From Acidilobaceae archaeon (GTDB taxonomy: Archaea; Thermoproteota; Thermoprotei_A; Sulfolobales; Acidilobaceae): a DNA stretch of 64,000 bases. Every line of letters begins with the position of its first letter. The first letter of the stretch is position 1. The notes under the pieces were generated by a model. That model was not told the origin of the DNA, did not search any database, and saw nothing but the letters and a program-made list of their open reading frames with translations. This document shows, in pieces, positions 58,442 through 64,000 of this stretch. Position numbers and translations under genes: made by a program. Location: positions 95,358 to 159,357 of the forward strand of contig JAWBBK010000001.1 in NCBI GenBank assembly GCA_038824665.1, given 5' to 3'.

Positions 58442-58579
58442 CTATTCCAGCCCTTCTTATCCAGGCAAACGGTTCAACTTTTTATATTGTTTACTTCTCC
58501 AAAGTAGACAAGAGAAACGCCACTTCTCGTGGGCTATCATGAAAATATATATTCCGAGAGTTTAGCGTGCTTCTGGCGA

Positions 58580-58861
58580 ATGAAGTTGAGCGAATACCTA
58601 GCTCAAGCGTTCGATATAATTAAACTCGAGCTAGAGAAATATGAAATAAAGATCGTAAGAAAAGATAAGGACACCTTCGAGCTTCAAAGAAAAGGAGAGA
58701 CGTTCATGAGCGTTCGAGATGCTAGAGACTACGTAGAGATTAGCTTTAAAGGTAAGAAATACTCTTATGACAAGTGGTATACGAAACCTCAACATTTAGC
58801 CAACACGATACTAAATGTATTGAAGTATCACATAGAAGGGCGTACTACAGAGACTACGTAG
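58580..58861 (+). CDS. Hypothetical small protein (93 aa from the ATG at 58580)
   Basis: ORF only, Lys/Glu/Tyr-rich, no motif. Confidence 0.3.
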   Translation: MKLSEYLAQAFDIIKLELEKYEIKIVRKDKDTFELQRKGETFMSVRDARDYVEISFKGKKYSYDKWYTKPQHLANTILNVLKYHIEGRTTETT

Positions 58862-59036
58862 AGAATAGTTTTCACTTACTTTCTTCGTCATGTCGGACTC
58901 TACTATCTTGTAAGCGCTTTTTATATAATACAAGCTCATGTTCTTTATATTTCGTGCCCTCAGGACTTTATAAGATAAGACCGGTAACTTATAAATACTG
59001 GGCGCTAGTCCTTTTGGAGGCGGGGTGATAGAGAGT

Positions 59037-60356
59037 ATGACGACTCCCTCTAAGCCTCACTTAAACCTAGTCATAATAGGACATGTAGATCACGGAAAGA
59101 GCACGATGACAGGTCACCTGCTCTATAGATTAGGCTATGTAGATGAGAAAAAACTAAAAGAAATAGAAGAGCTGGCTAAACAGAAAGGCAAAGAGAGCTT
59201 CAAGTTCGCTTGGATTCTAGACAAGATGAAGGAGGAAAGAGAAAGAGGCATTACGATTGATCCTGCTTTCGTAAAGTTCGAAACTAAAAAGTACTACTTC
59301 ACGATCATCGACGCTCCTGGTCACAGAGACTTCGTTAAAAACATGATCACAGGAGCTAGCCAGGCCGATGCCGCCATTTTAGTCGTCTCCGCTAGAAAAG
59401 GAGAGTTTGAAGCAGGTATGAGTCCAGAAGGTCAAACTAGAGAGCACTTGCTTTTAGCTAAGACTCTAGGCATAGAACAACTAGTCGTTGCTGTTAACAA
59501 GATGGACGCTACCGAACCTCCTTACAGCAAACAGAGATATGAAGAAGTAGTGGGGATAATGAAGAAGTACATGAAGAGCATCGGTTATGATCCAGAGAAG
59601 ACGCTCTTCATTCCGATCAGTGCGTGGACTGGTGAGAACCTCATAGAGAGATCTCCTAACATGCCTTGGTATGACGGACCGGTGCTTGTCGAAGTCTTAG
59701 ATAGCTTCAAGCCGCCTGCTAAACCTGTGGACAAGCCTCTTAGAATTCCCATTGCTGGAGTCTACTCTATACCCGGAGCCGGCACTGTACCTGTCGGTAG
59801 GGTTGAGTCAGGAGTTCTCAAAGTTGGAGACAAGGTAGTGATTATGCCTACAGGAGTGCTGACTGAAGTCAGAAGCATTCAGATGCATTATCAGGACTTA
59901 CCCAAAGCCGAGCCTGGAGACAATATAGGCTTCGCTCTCAGAGGCGTCTCAAAGGACGACGTAAAACGTGGCGATGTTGTAGGACATCCCGATACAGCCC
60001 CAACGGTGGTCGAAGAGTTTACTGCAAGACTTTTCGTCGTCTGGCATCCCAGCGCTATAGCTCCAGGTTATACGCCAGTTATACACGTACACACAGCTAG
60101 CGTAAGCGCTAGGATGACTGAAATAGTGGCCAAGCTAGACCCTAGGACAGGTAAAGTTCTTGAAGAAAAGCCGCAGTTCCTTAAGCCTGGAGATGTAGCT
60201 ATAGTTAAGTTCAAACCCATCAAGCCTTTAGTGATAGAGAAGTTCAGCGACTTCCCTGCTCTCGGAAGGTTCGCTATGAGAGACATGAACAGAACTATAG
60301 GGATAGGGATAGTAACCGATGTTAAGCCCATGAAGGTCGACATAAAGGCTAAGTAA
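59037..60356 (+). CDS. tuf: Translation elongation factor EF-1alpha
   Basis: GHVDHGKST, DAPGHRDF and NKMD motifs. Several TATA-like boxes lie upstream. The start is set at ATG 59037. Confidence 0.96.
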   Translation: MTTPSKPHLNLVIIGHVDHGKSTMTGHLLYRLGYVDEKKLKEIEELAKQKGKESFKFAWILDKMKEERERGITIDPAFVKFETKKYYFTIIDAPGHRDFVKNMITGASQADAAILVVSARKGEFEAGMSPEGQTREHLLLAKTLGIEQLVVAVNKMDATEPPYSKQRYEEVVGIMKKYMKSIGYDPEKTLFIPISAWTGENLIERSPNMPWYDGPVLVEVLDSFKPPAKPVDKPLRIPIAGVYSIPGAGTVPVGRVESGVLKVGDKVVIMPTGVLTEVRSIQMHYQDLPKAEPGDNIGFALRGVSKDDVKRGDVVGHPDTAPTVVEEFTARLFVVWHPSAIAPGYTPVIHVHTASVSARMTEIVAKLDPRTGKVLEEKPQFLKPGDVAIVKFKPIKPLVIEKFSDFPALGRFAMRDMNRTIGIGIVTDVKPMKVDIKAK

Positions 60357-60390
60357 GATAGCTTCTTTACAACCTTAGGGGTTTTTAGCG

Positions 60391-60705
60391 ATGATTTTTA
60401 AGCTAAGGATTTGGTTGTGGAGCAATAACGTAGAGAGTTTGGAGAACGTAGCTCATCAGATAAAAGATATTGCTGAGAAATCTGGAGTAAGGATAAGAGG
60501 ACCCGTACCTCTTCCGACGAAAAAGCTAAGGATAGCTGTACCTCGGCTACCTCATGGAGAGGGATCGAAGTATTGGGAGCGCTGGGAGCTGAGGGTCCAC
60601 AAGAGACTGATAGATATAGAAGCCGATGAGAGAGTGCTTAGAAAGATAATGAGGATCCAGGTCCCTTCAGACGTGTATATAGAGATAAAACAGCTATCTA
60701 GATAA
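60391..60705 (+). CDS. rps10: 30S ribosomal protein S10 (uS10)
   Basis: [11 protein letters not shown] motif; conserved position downstream of tuf. Confidence 0.92.
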   Translation: MIFKLRIWLWSNNVESLENVAHQIKDIAEKSGVRIRGPVPLPTKKLRIAVPRLPHGEGSKYWERWELRVHKRLIDIEADERVLRKIMRIQVPSDVYIEIKQLSR

Positions 60706-60858
60706 TTTGATACCTTCTGTTACTTATGAAGACCCTTTTATAGTGGACTTTATGTATTTAACTAATATTTTGAGATAGTGAAGTAGTCATTTTATCAGAA
60801 CTCCACCAACTTATGGAAGCCAGATAACCGCGGCTTTCGAGAGATCTCGTAGAGTTGC

Positions 60859-60947
60859 GCCGGGGTGCCCGAGCGGACCAAGGGGACGGGCTGGAGACCC
60901 GTTGCCCCTTCGGGGGCGCGCGGGTTCGAATCCCGCCCCCGGCGCCA
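60859..60947 (+). tRNA. tRNA-Ser (GGA), CCA encoded
   Basis: GCCGGGG acceptor, anticodon arm ACGGG-CUGGAGA-CCCGU, long variable arm UGCCCCUUCGGGGGCG, T arm GCGGG-UUCGAAU-CCCGC, then CCCCGGC-G-CCA. Confidence 0.92.
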
Positions 60948-60952
60948 ACTTT

Positions 60953-61633
60953 TCAGTTTCCATCATCTAACCTGCGCTTGAGAGGCTGAGGTATTATCAG
61001 AGCGGTCTTCTCAAGCCCTTCTTTAAAGGGTAGTTCGAACTTGTTTGAACTCATTCTCAGCCTCTGAGCTTTAGCTATATTTAAGAAGCTATCGAGAGGA
61101 TCGAGAGGAAGCATAGAACCCGGTAGCCAATAGTGGAGAGGCATAACCATTTTAGGTTCTAAAATTCTAACGAGATGCCAAGCTTCTCCTCCATCTATAG
61201 TGTAAACTCCTCCTATGGGGAGCATCAAAAGGTCTACCTCTTTAAATTCGTGAAGCTGGTCTTCTTGAGGCACGTGTCCTATGTCTCCTAAGTGACAGAT
61301 TCTAATTTTCTCGATCTCCAAACAATATGCTGCGACAAGTCCTCTCAGCTTGCCTCTGTTCTTGTCATGATAGAACTCTCGTCCTACTATTTTAACGTCA
61401 TGAAAAGTCCTCTCTCCTTTGGCTGACTCTAAAACTATAGAGTTAGGTCCTTTAGCTACCGATATAGCGTTGTGATCGTAATGGTTATGAGTAATGAGGA
61501 CTAAGTCAGCATTCAGTGAGCACGTCGGTAGCCCTACGCTCAAACCATCGTGTGGGTCTATAGCTATAGTGAGTCCCTTTTCTATTAACCTTAAAACCAC
61601 ATAAGAGTGATTACACCACATGATTTCGATCAC
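60953..61633 (-). CDS. Metallo-beta-lactamase-fold hydrolase (UPF0173-like)
   Basis: ITHNHYDH (HxHxDH) motif and later His/Asp ligands. Confidence 0.75.
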   Translation of the reverse strand: MIEIMWCNHSYVVLRLIEKGLTIAIDPHDGLSVGLPTCSLNADLVLITHNHYDHNAISVAKGPNSIVLESAKGERTFHDVKIVGREFYHDKNRGKLRGLVAAYCLEIEKIRICHLGDIGHVPQEDQLHEFKEVDLLMLPIGGVYTIDGGEAWHLVRILEPKMVMPLHYWLPGSMLPLDPLDSFLNIAKAQRLRMSSNKFELPFKEGLEKTALIIPQPLKRRLDDGN

Positions 61634-61718
61634 TAGACGCTCCCTAGGCGGATGGTTATTCTCGACTTAATTTATTAATTTAATTAGGGTAGCTGTTCTA
61701 TCAGCTGGTGACCTCTGG

Positions 61719-62963
61719 TTGTTGAATTTCAACGACCTTAGAATAGCTACTTTAGACGATGTCGATGTGAGAGGTCGACGTGTGCTCTTGAGGGTCGACT
61801 TTAACTCCCCAGTTAACCCAGAAACAGGCGAACTAATTGACGACACGAGAATTAAGTCACATAGAGAAACGATGTTAGAACTTATTGAAAAGGAAGCTAT
61901 GGTGGTGGTTGTAAGCCATCAGGGTAGACCTTTCGATAAAGACTTCATCAGCTTAAGACAACACTCCTACGTTTTGAGTAAAGTTTTGAATCATGAGGTA
62001 AAGTTCGTAGAGGACATATGTTTCGACTCGGCGATTAAAGCAATAAAGAATATGAAGTCAGGAGAGGTCTTGGTCCTTGAAAACGTCAGATTGCTCGCTG
62101 AAGAAAACATTGAGGGAACTCCCGAACAACATGCTAAAAGCTATTTGGTCGCTAAATTAGCTCCTCTCTTCTCGCTCTATATAAATGACGCGTTTTCAGC
62201 TTGTCATAGAAGTCAGGCTAGTCTCGTAGGCTTTCCTTTGAGACTTCTAGGAGTAGCCGGAAGGCTACTAGAGAAGGAGGTAAGAGCTTTAGCGAGAGCT
62301 CTCGAGACAGGAGCTCGCCCACGAGCTTTAGTGGTCGGTGGCTCTAAGGTCGACGACGTCCTCAAATCTGTAGATAAAGCTCTAGTCAGAGGGGTCGTGG
62401 ATTTGGTGCTGACTACGGGCGTTATTGCTCTAACGTTCTTAGCTAGCAAGGGTCAAATCCCTCCAGACATCGTTCCTAAACAAGCCAGAGATGAGAAGTT
62501 GCTCGTCTTGGCTAAAAAGATCCTAAGCGAACATAAAGACAAGATCCTTACGCCTATAGATTTCGTAGTTGAAGAGAGTAGTCAAGTTTCGGCTAAACAT
62601 ATTGAGAAACTAACCACTCCCCCTAAAGACATAGGTCCCGAAACTGTAGAAAGCTATGGTAGAGCGCTAGAAAGAGCTGGGCTCATAGTAATGAAGGGAC
62701 CAGCTGGGGTGATAGAGGATCCGAGATTCAGACGGGGCACAGAGGAGTTAGTCATACGGGCTCTTAAGTCTAACGCGTTTACGATATTTGGTGGAGGACA
62801 TCTGATTTCTATCGTAGAACAAATGCCTGAAGACTTACGAAAGCGTGTAGGTCATCTCAGCGTTGCTGGAGGAGCTCTTTTGTATGGGCTAGCAGGAGAG
62901 AGACTACCCTGTCTTGAAGCTCTCTCTCGTTCTGCAAGTCTATTCGGTCTGAACTCAACTTAG
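61719..62963 (+). CDS. pgk: Phosphoglycerate kinase
   Basis: RVDFNSP, SHQGRP and GGSKVDD motifs; adjacent to gap. Confidence 0.92.
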   Translation: MLNFNDLRIATLDDVDVRGRRVLLRVDFNSPVNPETGELIDDTRIKSHRETMLELIEKEAMVVVVSHQGRPFDKDFISLRQHSYVLSKVLNHEVKFVEDICFDSAIKAIKNMKSGEVLVLENVRLLAEENIEGTPEQHAKSYLVAKLAPLFSLYINDAFSACHRSQASLVGFPLRLLGVAGRLLEKEVRALARALETGARPRALVVGGSKVDDVLKSVDKALVRGVVDLVLTTGVIALTFLASKGQIPPDIVPKQARDEKLLVLAKKILSEHKDKILTPIDFVVEESSQVSAKHIEKLTTPPKDIGPETVESYGRALERAGLIVMKGPAGVIEDPRFRRGTEELVIRALKSNAFTIFGGGHLISIVEQMPEDLRKRVGHLSVAGGALLYGLAGERLPCLEALSRSASLFGLNST

Positions 62964-63072
62964 AGCGTACATAGGGAAGACCGGAGAGCCTTAAGCTATG
63001 ATCTAATCTAACAAATTTTTTACAAAAACACTTAAAGGACAGTTCGCCTTCTTCTCGATACGGCTGGTCGAG

Positions 63073-64000
63073 GTGAGGCCAATCAGAGTAGGCGTTATAG
63101 GTTACGGAACCATAGGCAAAAGGGTTGCTCAAGCTGTTCTTAAACAAGACGATATGGTTTTAGAAGGTGTTTGTGAAGTCGCTCCCAGCTACGCTACTCT
63201 TCAGGCTTTCAAAAGTGGGGTTAAGATCTACGTGAGCAAACAGGAGAACGTGAAGTTGTTCGAAGAGTTAGGAATCAAAGTTTCGGGGCTTCTAGAAGAC
63301 TTGCTCAACAAAATAGATGTGGTAGTTGATGCTACACCAGCTGGAGTGGGAGAGAAAAATAAACCCATATACGAGAAGTTCGGAATCAAACAGGTTTATG
63401 AGGGAGGCGAGAAAGCTCACGTAGCTCAGCTATCTTTCAGCTCTCTCTGTAACTACGAAGAAGCCGTAGGCAAGAGTAGCGCTAGAGTGGTCTCATGTAA
63501 CACCACAGCTCTTCTAAGACTCATCTGTACTCTACATAAAAGCTTTGGGGTGGAGAAAGTTCAAGCTGTCATAATCAGAAGAGGAGCCGACCCTAAGGAG
63601 GTTGAAAGAGGTCCAATAAATTCAGTAGAGCTTGACCCTCCTAAAACACCTAGTCATCACGCGTATGATGTAAAGACAGTTCTTCCATGGCTAGACATAT
63701 ACACAGCTGCGGTCGTGGTTCCGACAACGCTCATGCATGTACACCACGTTACTCTCAGGCTCACACGCGATGTAGAGAAGAAAGACGTGATTAATGTGCT
63801 AAGCGAGGCTCCACGGATCATGTTGATTCCAGCAACACGTTTGAAGATCTCGGGGACAGCAGGCATAGTTGAAGCGGCTCGAGAGGTCAGACAAAGATAT
63901 GATGTTCCAGAACTCATGATATTTGAGGACTCCATTTCGGTTTCAGGTAGAGAGGTCCATCTATTTCAGGCAGTTCATCAGGAGTCAATAGTGATCCCTG
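63073..64000 (+). CDS. gap: Glyceraldehyde-3-phosphate dehydrogenase, archaeal type (C-terminus beyond the window)
   Basis: Hand translation from GTG 63073 gives RVGVIGYGTIGKRVA (Rossmann fold), VVSCNTT (catalytic Cys) and VPTTLMHVHH. The frame is open to the window end. Confidence 0.88.
   Translation, partial: MRPIRVGVIGYGTIGKRVAQAVLKQDDMVLEGVCEVAPSYATLQAFKSGVKIYVSKQENVKLFEELGIKVSGLLEDLLNKIDVVVDATPAGVGEKNKPIYEKFGIKQVYEGGEKAHVAQLSFSSLCNYEEAVGKSSARVVSCNTTALLRLICTLHKSFGVEKVQAVIIRRGADPKEVERGPINSVELDPPKTPSHHAYDVKTVLPWLDIYTAAVVVPTTLMHVHHVTLRLTRDVEKKDVINVLSEAPRIMLIPATRLKISGTAGIVEAAREVRQRYDVPELMIFEDSISVSGREVHLFQAVHQESIVIP

Noticed and set aside
1-64000. Search for CRISPR arrays, IS elements, integrases or long inverted repeats
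   Set aside because: No regularly spaced repeats, transposase- or integrase-like ORFs, or terminal inverted repeats were seen. The only perfect repeats found are the 23-bp tandem and the 37-bp intragenic pair reported above.

Overview
This window looks like a chromosomal segment from a hyperthermophilic crenarchaeon (Thermoproteota). All identifications come from reading motifs in the supplied translations and the DNA; no database search was run. It is densely packed with housekeeping genes on both strands. These include translation and transcription genes (aRF1, aIF5B, aIF2-gamma, EF-1alpha, S6e, S7, S10, S24e, S27ae, S28e, L24e, Spt4, Rpo7, a TFB paralog, Gar1, Kae1/Bud32), replication genes (PolB, crenarchaeal SSB) and glycolysis genes (apgM, pgk, gap). 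There is also an AglB/flippase N-glycosylation cluster, a thermosome subunit, a 1401-aa secreted subtilase, a minimal type IV pilus-like locus, a MoxR/VWA pair and a complete trpBADFEGC operon that appears AT-richer than its surroundings. Three tRNA loci are present: initiator tRNA-Met, tRNA-Ser(GGA) and a tRNA-Gln(UUG) encoded in two pieces. The split tRNA-Gln is the most interesting feature. Its 5' half lies at 47293-47349 on the minus strand and its 3' half at 52176-52236 on the plus strand. The trailer and leader of the two halves are complementary and fold into a textbook bulge-helix-bulge splice motif at position 37/38. The geometry fits a single ~4.9 kb inversion with one breakpoint inside an ancestral intron. 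A tRNA-splicing endonuclease subunit is also encoded in the window. Other items worth a second look are listed in the findings, including short perfect repeats, orphan gene clusters and motif-degenerate paralogs.
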